A stretch of 64,000 nucleotides of DNA from an uncultured Actinomycetota bacterium (GCA_963816385.1 CAWFKL010000007.1:1009-65008), one strand, 5' to 3'. Positions 20,398 to 31,597 are shown, counted from the stretch's first letter. Translations and numbers: made by a program. Notes: generated by a model from the letters alone, not told the origin.

Positions 20398-20496
20398 GGC
20401 TGGCTACCGGCCGGCCGGCGGCAAGCTGGGGGCTGGCTACCGGCCGGCCGGCGGCAAGCCGGGGGCTGGCTACCGGCCGGCCAGCGGCAAGCTGGC
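20398..20496. repeat. Three tandem copies of a 33-bp imperfect palindromic (REP-like) unit in a convergent intergenic gap
   Basis: The units are GGCTGGCTACCGGCCGGCCGGCGGCAAGCTGGG at 20398-20430, 20431-20463 and 20464-20496, with 1-2 substitutions per copy. Each unit contains the self-complementary CCGGCCGGCCGG. Confidence 0.9.
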
Positions 20497-20517
20497 GGCC
20501 GGCGGCCGGCCGGCGAC

Positions 20518-20979
20518 CTAGGCCGAAGCGGCGACGCGCCGCACTGCCCAGCCTGTGAGGACGAAGCCGACACCGATGGCTGCGGCCATGAGCGCCACAC
20601 CGAAGGAGACGACGGAGGTGAAGAGCGAGGCCCGCAGGAACGACGCGGTCATGACCGTCTGGCGCTTGGGGTCCTCCCGATCGAGCTCGGCGTAGGTCTT
20701 GCCACCGCTCGTCTCCATCGCGTGCATCTGGATCGTCTCAGCCTCGGTGTAGGCCTCCCACGGGGTGTCGACCGGTTGCCCCGCGAACCGGGCAGCATCC
20801 TCCGAAACGGTGATCTTCTCTGCGGCCAGCTCGTTTCCGACTGCGACCCAGGTCACCACTCCGGCGACCGCCATGATCGCGCCGAAGATGATGAGCAGCA
20901 GTCCGACGACGGCGACGCCCCGTGACCTGCGTGGTGCGGTGGTCCCTGTTCCCCCGGTGCGTTGCGCGGTGCTTGACAT
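20518..20979 (-). CDS. Hypothetical small membrane protein (2 TM helices, about 70-aa loop)
   Basis: Intact 153-aa ORF with GGGAGG 7 nt upstream of the ATG. TM helices are VAVVGLLLIIFGAIMAVAGVVTWVAV and LFTSVVSFGVALMAAAIGVGFVLTGWAV. I do not recognise a family. Confidence 0.6.
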   Translation of the reverse strand: MSSTAQRTGGTGTTAPRRSRGVAVVGLLLIIFGAIMAVAGVVTWVAVGNELAAEKITVSEDAARFAGQPVDTPWEAYTEAETIQMHAMETSGGKTYAELDREDPKRQTVMTASFLRASLFTSVVSFGVALMAAAIGVGFVLTGWAVRRVAASA

Positions 20980-21207
20980 TCGACGCCTCCCAAGCGGTGT
21001 GTGGTGTGAGCGCCCGACCTGACGACTTCAGCCGACCGCCCGCTACGCAGGCTAGGGCCGCCCGGGAGCTGGCGCATGATCCTTCCGGGGTGATCTTCAC
21101 GCGGCGAGAGCCGTCGCTGGTGCGATGTGACGGCAGCTGATGGCCGTCAGTGCGCACCCTGAAGCAGGCCCGGCGCGGTCTCGTGGGCGGGGCGGTATGT
21201 TCGCCAG

Positions 21208-24200
21208 ATGTCCGAGTCCGAGTTGCACCTGGAGGCTGCCTTGGTGGGCCGCGTGCGCGAGCTGGCCGCCCTCAGGGAGGCGGTGAGGAGCGCGGCCTCC
21301 GGACGCGCTCGGGCGGTGCTGCTCGCCGGCGAGGCGGGCGCGGGCAAGTCCCGGCTGGTGCGGGCTCTGATGGACGACCCCCACCGCGTACCGGCGCTTG
21401 TCCTTCGTGCCCAGTGCGTCGATCTCGGCGAGCCGGGGCTGCCCTACCTCGCGATGGTCGACCTCGCTCGCGCAATGCGGGCAGCCACCGCCGACGACGC
21501 CGAGGTGTCCGCGGTGTTGGAGCGCTCGCCGCTTGTAGCGACGCTCACCGACCCGAAGGCCGCGAGCGGGGACGGCGCCGACGAGTCGAGGCCGCTGCGC
21601 CTCTTCGACGCCTTGGCAACCCTGCTCGGGGAGCTGGGGGGTCTTCGCGGTCCCGTTATCGTGGTCATCGAGGACCTGCAATGGGCCGACGCGTCCTCGT
21701 CCGCGTTCGTCAGATTCCTGCTCAGCCGCATGTTCTCGGAACGCCTCGCCGTCGTGGTGACCGTTCGCACGGACGGCCTGGCTGCGCGTCCACGCGTACG
21801 GCAGCTGCTGAGCGAGCTGGGTCGGCTGCCGTCGGTCGACCGAGTCGGGCTGGAGCCGTTCACGCCCGAGGAAGTGGCGGAGCTCCTGGCCGCTACTGGC
21901 GCCGGCCCCGTGACCCCGGAGCTCGCAGCCGAGGTGTCCCGGCGCACGCGCGGCAACCCGTACTTCGTGCGGATGCTCGCGCCCGGAGTCGTGGGCGGCC
22001 GCCGCCTCGACGAGCGCCTCCCTCGAGCCTTGACGGATCTGCTCGTCGGCCGGGTCGACGGCCTGCCCGAGGAGGCCCGAGCCGTCGTGAGAGCAGCCGC
22101 TGTCGGGGCACAGCCGGTGCCGGAACGGGTCCTTCGCGGCGTTGTCGGCCTGATGGACACCGCAACTGACTCGGCCGTGCGGGTCGCCATGGCGCACGGG
22201 CTGCTGACCGCTGAGCGCGGGGGCTACGCCCTCGCTCACGAGCTGCTGCGTGCGGCCGTCTACGACGACCTGCTGCCAGGCGAAAGAGCACGGCTGCATG
22301 CAGCCCACGGCGCGGCTCTCGAGGCCGAGGACGGGGGCCACGCCTCCGCTGCCGAGGTCGCACACCACTACGTCGGAGCGCACGATGCGCCCAAGTCGCT
22401 GGAGTGGTCGGTCAAGGCAGCCGAGGAGGCCATGCGGGTGCTCGCGCCGGCCGCGGCGCTCGAGCACCTGGAGCGAGCCCTGACCGTGTGGCCGGCGGTC
22501 GCCCAGGCGGAGCTCGTCCGGGACGGCTCGGATGAAGCGCCGGTGGCCGATCCCCCGGGGATCGCTGGCGACCAGCGAGGGTGGGCTGGCGGTGCGCGCG
22601 GCGTTGGCGGCGGGACTTGCCGGCGAGACGTCCCGGGGCATCGAGTGGGCCGGTCGCGCCATCCGGCTCTGCGATGCCGATGGCGATGCTGCCGGTGGAG
22701 TGCGAGCGCGCGTGGAGCTCGTACGCCGACTGGTCGCCGCGGACGCGACCGACCAGGTGGTCCAGCTGTCCGAGGAGGCCGTTCGACTCGCCGAGGCCAC
22801 CGGGAGCGACCCGGAGCTGGCCGCGCTCGCGGACGTCACGCTGGCGCGGGCGCTGCTCGCAGCCCGGCGCACTCGGGAGGCCCGGACCCCGGCTGAGCGC
22901 GCGGTCGCCGCGGCTCGGGCCGTTGCGGTCCCCGGCCTCGAGGTTGACGCGCTCACGACAGCGGCGTTCCTGGACGAGATCGAGGGCGACCGGCAGGGGG
23001 CCTCCGACCGGCTCCGCAGCGCCCTGCTGCTCGCGAGAGCGGCAGGTGAGCTTGCCGCGGAGCTGCGGGTCCACTACACCCTCGCGAGCCTCCACTACTA
23101 CAACGGTGACGTGGCCGCGTCACTCCCGGTGCTGCAGGCGGCGATGGGCAGGGTCACGGAGAGCGGCCTGCGCTGGAGCGACTCCGGCGTGGAGCTGAGA
23201 GTCCTGCTCGTCGTCGCGCGCTACGCGGCGGGCGACCTCGAAGGCAGTCTGGCGGCAGCAGCTGCGGAGACGGCCGCGACGCCGGGGCATCGACCGCCGG
23301 ATGCCGCGGCCGCGCGTCTGGCCGCGGTGGCCTGCTACGCGGCCGTCGCCCTCGGCCGACCCGATGCGGAGCAACGGTTGGCCGACCTGGGAGCGACGTG
23401 GGAGGCCGACCCTCAGGTCGCCCTCGTCGCCGGCGGCTGTGCCGCTGACCGCCTGGTCTGGGCCGGCGACCCCACGGGGGCCGTCGCGGTGGCAGAACGC
23501 GCCCAGCAGCACCTGGACGCGGCGGTCGGCGAGGGCATGTACGGCGGCCTGTGGCTCTCGGCCCTTGGCCTGGCCGCCCTCGCTGACGGCGCCGCACTCT
23601 CGCGGCGGCGGCGCGACAGTGCCGCGGTCACGCAGGCCCTTCACCAGGGAGAGGTTCTGCTCGGGCGGGTCGAGCGACTCTTTGAGGGCGGACGCGGCAG
23701 GCCGGGGGCGCTCGGTCCGGAGGGTCAGGCGTGGCGTGCCCGGGCTGTCGCCGAGCACGCCCGACTGCAGGGTCTTGCGGCCGTGGACGAGTGGCAGGCT
23801 GCGCTGACGGCTTTCGGCTACGGGCACGTTCAGGGACACGTCTACGAGCAGGCCCGTTGCCACTGGCGTCTCTGCGAGGCCCTCGTCGCCATGGGTGACC
23901 GCGACCGGGCTCGCGCACATGCCGAGCGCGCACGAGCGGGTGCGCGCGACATGGGTGCACTGCCCCTCCAAGAGGCGGTCGCAGCGACGGTCAGGGCGGC
24001 ACGGCTGGGTGTGACGTCGGATGGTGCAGACGTGGTGCTCACCGGCCGGGAGCGCGAGGTCCTCTCGCTCGTGGCGGAGGGGCTCACCAACCGCGAGATC
24101 GGTCGGCGCCTCTTCATCAGCGAGAAGACCGTGAGCGTGCACCTCAGCAACCTCATGGCCAAGCTCAACGTCTCGAGCCGCACCGAGGCGGTGACGGTCG

Positions 24201-24250
24201 CTGTGCGGCGGGGCCTGCACGACGTGCAGGGTCCGAGGGGCTCGGCCTAG
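21208..24250 (+). CDS. Large ATP-binding LuxR-family (LAL-type) transcriptional regulator. Apparent +1 frameshift near 22530-22590.
   Basis: ORF 21208-22896 has the N-terminal AAA/NACHT-like P-loop LLAGEAGAGKSRLVRAL and VIVVIEDLQWAD. ORF 22532-24250 has a TPR-like helical region and the C-terminal LuxR HTH LTGREREVLSLVAEGLTNREIGRRLFISEKTVSVHLSNLMAKL. The merged length is 3043 nt, which is 3n+1. Confidence 0.85.
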
Positions 24251-24272
24251 GTCCCCCATCCGTCGGCCGGTC

Positions 24273-24309
24273 GATCCGCCGCGTCAGGGCTGAGCCCCTG
24301 AGGCGGATC
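24273..24309 (+). terminator. Candidate stem-loop terminator after the LAL regulator
   Basis: In gatccgcc-gcg-tcaggg-ctgagc-ccctga-ggcggatc, an 8-bp outer stem and a 6-bp inner stem can form, 23 nt after the stop. There is no U-tract, which is common in high-G+C actinobacteria. Confidence 0.45.
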
Positions 24310-24417
24310 TGAGGTCGCCCTGCGTGATCTCCTCATGCTCTCGGCCACCCCTCAGCTCCAGAGTCGAAGCCATGGCGAGCCGCATGGTGCGGCCGTGGTG
24401 ACGAGGAGGAGCAGGAC

Positions 24418-25803
24418 ATGAATGCATCAGGACTCGAGAGGCTGGCGCAGGCGTCGAGCGGGGTGGTCTTCCACGGCGACGACCCGGCCGCCGTCGGGGA
24501 GCTCGCGGGGTTCAACACTGCGGTGACCCACCGGCCCGCCGTCGTGGTGGCGGCCCGTAGCGGTGGCGACATCGCAGCCGCGGTGCGCCACGCGGCGGCC
24601 GAAGGGCTGTCCGTGAGGGTCCAAGCGACCGGGCACGGCGGCTCTGTGCCGGCCGACGACAGGACGGTCTTCGTCTCGACGAAGCGCCTGCAGGGCGTGC
24701 AGGTCGACCCCGCCGGGCGCCGGGCTCGGGTCGAGGCCGGTGTCCCCTGGCGCAGGGTCATTGACGCTGCCGCGCCCTTCGGCCTGGCGCCGCTGTCCGG
24801 GTCGTCGTCGGGCGTCGGGGTCGTCGGCTACACCCTGGGCGGCGGAATGGGCCACCTCGCCCGCCGCCTCGGCTTCGCCGCCGACCATGTGCGCTCCGTG
24901 GAGATGGTCACGGCCGACGGCAGGATCCAGACGGTCACAGCGGACAGCGACCTCGAGCTCTTCTGGGCGATCAGGGGCGGCCAGTCGAACTTCGGCATCG
25001 TCTCGGCGCTCGAGTTCGACCTGTTCCCCGTGCGGCAGTTCTACGGCGGCGCAATGGTTTTCAGCTCCGAGGCCATCGCCGATGCGCTGCACGCCTTCTC
25101 CGCCTGGGCGCCGACGTTGCCCGAGACGGTCACCACGTCGGTCGCGCTGCTGCGCCTGCCGCCGGTCGAGACGGTGCCACCGCCGCTCCGGGGCAAGGTC
25201 AGTCTGGCGCTGCGGTTTGGCTTCACCGGCCCACAACGGCGCGGCGAGGCCTTGCTCGCGCCGATGCGCCGGCTGGCCGCCCCGGTGCTGGACTCGATCG
25301 GCCCGATGCCGTTCGCCGCGGTGGACCGGATCCACATGGACCCCACGGAGCCGATGCCGGCCGTCGCCCGTGGCAGCCTGCTGCGTGAACTCTCGTCAGC
25401 GGCGGTCGACCAGCTGCTCGCGCTCGCGGGTCCGGGCGTCGAGGTGCCCCTCGCCGTGCTCGAGGTACGCCTGATGGGCGGCGCCCTCGGCCGCCCCGCA
25501 CAGATCCCGAACGCGGTCGCGGGCCGCGACGGCGCCTACTCCGTGTCAGTCATCGCACCAGCGCCCCCGCCGCTTGCCGACATCGCCCCGGCCGTCGCCA
25601 CCGCAACCATCGACGCCCTCGCCCCCTGGTCGACGGGCACCTCGCTCCTCAACTTCGCCGGCGGGGACCCTGACGTCTTGGCGCATGCCTGGGCTCCTCA
25701 CGAGCTGCAACGGCTGCGCATGGTCAAGTCGGCCGTGGACCCCGACAACGTGTTCGGAGCCCCACTGGGCATCCGCGCGGCGGCGCCGGCAGGTGCGCGA
25801 TGA
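24418..25803 (+). CDS. FAD-linked oxidase (PCMH-type FAD-binding domain with a BBE-like C-terminus)
   Basis: Intact 461-aa ORF with GAGGAGGAG upstream. Sequence features include ...RPAVVVAARSGGDIAAAVRHAAAEGLSVRVQATGHG...GVGVVGYTLGGGMGHLARRLGFAADHV...LFWAIRGGQSNFGIV... and a C-terminal VDPDNVFG. Confidence 0.85.
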   Translation: MNASGLERLAQASSGVVFHGDDPAAVGELAGFNTAVTHRPAVVVAARSGGDIAAAVRHAAAEGLSVRVQATGHGGSVPADDRTVFVSTKRLQGVQVDPAGRRARVEAGVPWRRVIDAAAPFGLAPLSGSSSGVGVVGYTLGGGMGHLARRLGFAADHVRSVEMVTADGRIQTVTADSDLELFWAIRGGQSNFGIVSALEFDLFPVRQFYGGAMVFSSEAIADALHAFSAWAPTLPETVTTSVALLRLPPVETVPPPLRGKVSLALRFGFTGPQRRGEALLAPMRRLAAPVLDSIGPMPFAAVDRIHMDPTEPMPAVARGSLLRELSSAAVDQLLALAGPGVEVPLAVLEVRLMGGALGRPAQIPNAVAGRDGAYSVSVIAPAPPPLADIAPAVATATIDALAPWSTGTSLLNFAGGDPDVLAHAWAPHELQRLRMVKSAVDPDNVFGAPLGIRAAAPAGAR

Positions 25804-26174
25804 GCCGGCCGCCTGTCGTCGTCGAGCCGGGCGGCGGTGCCCGTGTCGGCAACGTCGAGTTCCTTGCCCGCACAGCCGACACCCCGTTCTTCAACCTCGC
25901 GATCATCGTGCTCGAGCCAGGGCAGGGAGTCAGCACCCACCGGCACGACGCGGAGGACGACTCCTTCCTCGTGCTCGAGGGGACCCTCACCGTGACGCTC
26001 GGCGAGGATGCTCGGCAGGTCCAGGCCGGACCGGGCACGTTCGTGCTCGTCCCCTGCGACACGCCTCACGCGATCGTCAACGCCGGACCGACCGACGTGC
26101 GCTTCGTCAACGTCCACTCGCCCGGCGGGTTCGACCGCCGAATCGGTCTCGACCACCGTGCGGCACGGCCGTGA
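25800..26174 (+). CDS. Cupin-domain protein
   Basis: Intact 124-aa ORF. The ATG overlaps the oxidase stop (ATGA). The cupin motifs are GQGVSTHRHDAEDDSFLVLEG...GTFVLVPCDTPHAIVN. Confidence 0.8.
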   Translation: MSRPPVVVEPGGGARVGNVEFLARTADTPFFNLAIIVLEPGQGVSTHRHDAEDDSFLVLEGTLTVTLGEDARQVQAGPGTFVLVPCDTPHAIVNAGPTDVRFVNVHSPGGFDRRIGLDHRAARP

Positions 26175-26248
26175 CCTGGCACCGACACCTTCACGGAAGG
26201 ACCCGCCACACCAGGTGGCGGGCCCTTCCGTGCCCGAACTCCGAATGC

Positions 26249-26794
26249 TCAACCGACCCAGATGGAGCCGGTGTTGACCTGGCAGCTCACGTAGTGGCTG
26301 TAGCTGCAGTAGTAGTCGTTCGTGGTGCCGTTGTAGTTGACCCCGCGCTGGCCGAGCCACCGGTCGGCGTAGTCGTACCAAGCCACGGAGAAACGAACGT
26401 TGATGGTGCCACCGGCGGCTCCTACGCTACGTCGGAGGTCGGGGAGCTTGACCTGGCTGACACCTGACCCTATGGAGTACCAGTAGGTGAACTGCTCCGC
26501 GGAAGTGAACCCGTTCGCGTGGTAGCGGGTCAGGACGTACGAGATCTCGACCTTCTGCACACCCGCGGACCCGTTGGACCTGGTGACCACGGGGCCCCCC
26601 ACGAGGAGTCCGGGAAGGACGACCGAGCCCGGTCCGAGCGTCCACACGTCAGTGTTCGTAATCTTGTACGGAGTGACTCCGCCATACCACCCGGTGGCGC
26701 CGTAGTGTTGGACTGCCTGCGCCGGTGACTGGAAACACAGGGCCGCGGTGATGGTGGCGATGAGCACGAGAAGCGTTCGGCGAATGGTGGACAT
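26249..26794 (-). CDS. Orphan secreted beta-rich protein (Sec signal peptide, C-terminal Cys pair). Function unknown.
   Basis: I chose the ATG at 26794, which has AGGAGG 7 nt upstream. The N-terminus is MSTIRRTLLVLIATITAALCFQSPAQA followed by VQHYG... The protein is Tyr/Trp/Gly/Val-rich and ends ...YYCSYSHYVSCQVNTGSIWVG. Local G+C is clearly lower than the flanks: I counted 33/60 in 26281-26340. Confidence 0.7.
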   Translation of the reverse strand: MSTIRRTLLVLIATITAALCFQSPAQAVQHYGATGWYGGVTPYKITNTDVWTLGPGSVVLPGLLVGGPVVTRSNGSAGVQKVEISYVLTRYHANGFTSAEQFTYWYSIGSGVSQVKLPDLRRSVGAAGGTINVRFSVAWYDYADRWLGQRGVNYNGTTNDYYCSYSHYVSCQVNTGSIWVG

Positions 26795-27166
26795 CGTGGG
26801 CCTCCTGGCAGTGGTTCGCTGGTGTGGTCCCACCGTGCTCGGCTGCGCTTAAGGACGGCTTAAGAGCCTAGCGCCGCCTTGCCGACATGGCCTCCAGCGA
26901 GGTGCCGCGGCCCGAGTGGGCAAGGCTGGACCACCTCCAGCCGGCGAGACACCATCGTCGTCTGGCGCGTGGCCCGGCTGGGGGCGAGCGCGTGCCGCGG
27001 CGCGCGACGACCACCAGGTAAGCACCAATGTGGCCCATTGGTATCTGCATACGATTTAGATAGCGACCTGATAGAGTACCTCTGGCGCCGATGGTGTGAG
27101 GACGATCGCCTAGGACGTGACCATGGTCGGTCCGTACACCAAGGGCTGATTCACCGGCCTTGCTGG

Positions 27167-27196
27167 CAGCCCGTCCCGCTTCGGCGGGGCGGGCTG
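27167..27196 (+). other. Strong 13-bp hairpin capped by a UUCG tetraloop. Role unassigned: terminator, 5'-UTR element or sRNA end.
   Basis: In cagcccgtcccgc-ttcg-gcggggcgggctg, 12 Watson-Crick pairs and one G-U pair form with no bulge. It lies in a non-coding, lower-G+C stretch. Confidence 0.6.
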
Positions 27197-27411
27197 TTCC
27201 TGGCAACCACTACCCCGGCCGCCTGCCGCACACCGCCCCACCACCTCAACCAGAGAGAGCGCACGATGATGAACAGCCGTCCGGAGCTCGCCCTCGCGAC
27301 CAATGGGGCACAAGGCCCCGCGCCCACGTCCTCTGGCGCTGCAGACTCCTTTGCTCCTGGGGGACCTGCGCAGCTGCGCCCAAGCGTGCGCGTCGCAGCG
27401 GGGGTAGCACG

Positions 27412-27708
27412 ATGAGGACGCTGCGGGCATGGTGGCGGCGAGCCCTCCACCTCGAGTCCCAGCCGCCCTCGCCGACGTACTGGGTCCGGGGGCCGGGCGA
27501 TCGTGGCCACACCTGGGCCTCCGGCTCCTCGCCGCGGCACGCCGAAGCGCTTTTCGCCGACCTGGGCGGCTACCTCAAGCTCGCGCAGCGGGGCACGTCA
27601 TGGCCAGACACGACGCAGAGCCGTGCCGGAGACACCGAGGTCATGAACGAGGTCGAGATGGCGACGCCCGAACACGAGCTCGCCGGCGCCGCCGTCGGGC
27701 CCAGATGA
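27412..27708 (+). CDS. Candidate 98-aa hypothetical protein (weak call)
   Basis: The sequence starts MRTLRAWWRRALHLESQPP and includes EALFADLGGYLKLAQRG...EVMNEVEMATPEHELAGAAVGPR. About 88% of codons end in G/C by my count, which is coding-like for this genome. The ATG overlaps the stop of a 49-codon upstream ORF (27266-27415) as ATGA. I recognise no homology, and an antisense frame shares the same third positions. Confidence 0.3.
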   Translation: MRTLRAWWRRALHLESQPPSPTYWVRGPGDRGHTWASGSSPRHAEALFADLGGYLKLAQRGTSWPDTTQSRAGDTEVMNEVEMATPEHELAGAAVGPR

Positions 27709-27764
27709 GCGGACCGACCCACGCCACGATCTGAGTCAGAAGTGGTGTGACATGGCAACGCAGC

Positions 27765-27792
27765 GGGTCAGGCCGCCAGCAGCGGCTGACCT
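27765..27792 (-). terminator. Candidate stem-loop terminator downstream of sigA
   Basis: In gggtcaggccgc-cagca-gcggctgacc(t), an 11-bp stem with one bulged G forms about 30 nt after the sigA stop at 27821. Confidence 0.4.
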
Positions 27793-27820
27793 GCGAGTCG
27801 CACGCCCGAGAACCGACCCG

Positions 27821-29594
<1,774 letters not shown>

Positions 29595-29751
29595 CTTTCA
29601 TCGCTGTGTGCATCGTGCTGGGGCGGCGCCGGGTCGGGGCATGCACCATCACAACGAACGAGTGTGGGGGTTCGTGCCAGATGTGCTTGGCCTGGTGGAG
29701 TCGGTCCCTGAGCGATCTCGCGGTGCGCCTCGTGCAATCCGGTACTCGCAC

Positions 29752-29782
29752 ATTATAAAACGCTCCGGGCGATGCCTGCGAA
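29752..29782 (-). promoter_or_regulatory. Candidate sigA promoter: perfect TATAAT -10 with a weak TTCGCA -35 at a 19-nt spacing
   Basis: The minus strand reads TTCGCAggcatcgcccggagcgtttTATAATgtgcg. The TATAAT is the reverse complement of 29752-29757 and lies about 155 nt upstream of the GTG at 29594. The spacer is longer than optimal. Confidence 0.3.
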
Positions 29783-29937
29783 CAGAATGCCCGTCCCCGC
29801 GCCGTCGATGTGCTGAGCGCGACCGCCTCCCGGTTGACGTCGAGGCCACCTCGAGTCGTCACCGACCCGACAGGAGAGGGCGGTTCGAGCCGTGCAGTCC
29901 GGGTGCGCCGCACGGACGAGCCGGGCGTCGGCCGGTG

Positions 29938-30336
29938 CTAGTCGGCCTTGACGGCGAGGACCGGGCAGCTCGCGTCCAGCAGGATGCGCTGCGCGTTCGA
30001 GCCGAGGATCAGCTTCCCGACGGGGCTGCGTCTGCGCAGGCCGATGACGATGAAGTCCGCGTTCTCCTCCTGCGCGACGCTGATGAGGTCCTCCGCCGGG
30101 TCGTTGCCCCGCACCAGCTGGCGGACCTCGTGATCCAGGCCCTTCGCCTCGAGCAGCTGGCCGACCCGCTCGAGCTCGGACTCGAACTGGGCTGACTCTT
30201 CCGGGTCGAAGTCCTTGCCACCGCGGTGTGAGCTGATCACGACCAACCGGGTGCCCCTGAGCAAGCACTCCTCAGCGGCGCGCTTGAGGGCCGCGCGGCC
30301 CTCCTTCGTTGCGACGTAACCAACGACAATGGCCAC
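29938..30336 (-). CDS. Universal stress protein (single USP domain)
   Basis: I chose the GTG at 30336, which has AAGGAGG 10 nt upstream. The sequence is VAIVVGYVATKEGRAALKRAAEE...DFIVIGLRRRSPVGKLILGSNAQRILLDASCPVLAVK. Confidence 0.8.
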   Translation of the reverse strand: MAIVVGYVATKEGRAALKRAAEECLLRGTRLVVISSHRGGKDFDPEESAQFESELERVGQLLEAKGLDHEVRQLVRGNDPAEDLISVAQEENADFIVIGLRRRSPVGKLILGSNAQRILLDASCPVLAVKAD

Positions 30337-30441
30337 TTTGTCCGGACCTCCTTGGGACGGAAACACCCGTGCCCGCACGCTACCGGATAAGGCGGTCGCC
30401 GGGCACGGGCGAGCGCAGCTGCGCAGCCGTTCGCTCGGAGG

Positions 30442-31597
30442 TCAGCGTGCCAGCGCGTCGCGGATGATCGCTCCGACCTGCTCCTCCTCGATGAGGAACC
30501 CGTCGTGGCCGTAGGCAGAGGTGATGTGCGCGCGACTCGATCGCGGCAATGCCGTCTGGAGCTCGTCGGACAACCGGGGCGGGTAGAGCCGGTCGGTGTC
30601 GACGGATACGACGGTGCACTCCGCCGTGACACGGGCGAGTGCCGACTGCAGCCCTCCACGGTCGCGACCGACGTCGTGGGAGTTCATGGCCTCGGTGAGC
30701 CGGACGTAGGAGTTCGCGTCGAAGCGGCGGGCCAGCTTGCCGGCGTGGTGGTCGAGGTAGCTCTCCACCGCGAACCGTCCGCGGCCGCCCGGCGCGCAGC
30801 GGATCCTCGCCGAGCTGTGGGGCCCTGCCGAACCGGTCGCTGAGCTCGGTCTCGGTGCGATAGGTGATGTGCGCGATGCGGCGCGCGAGACCGAGCCCGA
30901 CCTCGGGCGAGCGGCCCGTGCGGTAGTAGTCACCGCCCGCGAAGTCGGGGTCGGCCTGGATGGCGAGCAGCTGGGCCTGGCACCAGGCGATCTGGTCGGC
31001 GGTGGCGTATGCCGTCGATGCCAGCACGATGCAGCGATCGACCCGCTCGGGGTGCGTCACGGCCCATTCGAGGGCGCGCATGCCGCCCATCGAGCCGCCG
31101 ACGACGGCCGCGATGCGGGGCAGCCCAAGCGCGTCGAGGAGTGCGGCCTCCACGGCCACCTGGTCGCGCACGGTGACGTAGGGGAAACGGCTGCCCCATG
31201 CCTGGCCGTCAGGAGCGGTGCTGGACGGTCCAGTCGTGCCCTGGCAGCCACCCAGGACGTTGGAGGCGACGACGAACCACTCGTCGGGGTCGACCGGCCG
31301 CCCGGTCCCGATGAGGCCGTTCCACCATCCGGGTGAGGGGTGCCCGGGGCCAGCCTCTCCCGAGACGTGGCTGTCACCGGTCAGTGCGTGCTCGACGAGG
31401 ATGACGTTGTCGCGTGCCGCGTTGAGCCGTCCCCAGGTCTCGTAGGCGACGCGCACCTCCGGAAGGCGACCACCGCGCTCGAGGTCGAGCGCGCCGAGGT
31501 CGACGAACTGGCGCCGGCCCACCGGGTCGCCCTCGTGCCACGCTCCGCTCGCCCACACCAGGTCACCGCCTGCGGCCGCATCGACAGTGGTGCCCAA
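30442..31597 (-). CDS. metX: Homoserine O-acetyltransferase MetX. Apparent +1 frameshift near 30790-30800.
   Basis: ORF 30380-31597 holds the N-terminal two thirds (...VILVEHALTGDSHVSG...VVGGSMGGMRALEW...SDRFGRAPQLGEDPL). ORF 30442-30933 holds the C-terminus (GRFAVESYLDHHAGKLARRFDANSYVRLTEAMNSHDVGRDRGG...DRLYPPRLSDEL...SAYGHDGFLIEEEQV). An extra G sits in gccgggcgg. The merged length is 1156 nt, which is 3n+1. The TTG start at 31597 is uncertain; see the riboswitch finding. Confidence 0.9.

Noticed and set aside
20398-20496. Possible CRISPR array
   Set aside because: The 33-bp units are directly adjacent with no spacers, there are only three copies, and no cas genes are present in the window. 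I call it a tandem REP-like repeat instead.
21097-22956. 619-aa minus-strand ORF opposite the LAL regulator, plus 23120-24259
   Set aside because: These are antisense shadow ORFs. The sense strand carries the P-loop and the LuxR HTH.
26990-27200. tRNA, tmRNA, RNase P, SRP or 6S RNA in the A/T-richer non-coding patch
   Set aside because: I could not fold a cloverleaf. None of the conserved boxes I know for these RNAs is present (for example the GGTTCGAATCC-type T-arm, the GAGGAAAGTCC of RNase P, or the SRP GGAA tetraloop helix). It is kept only as an unassigned hairpin and leader.
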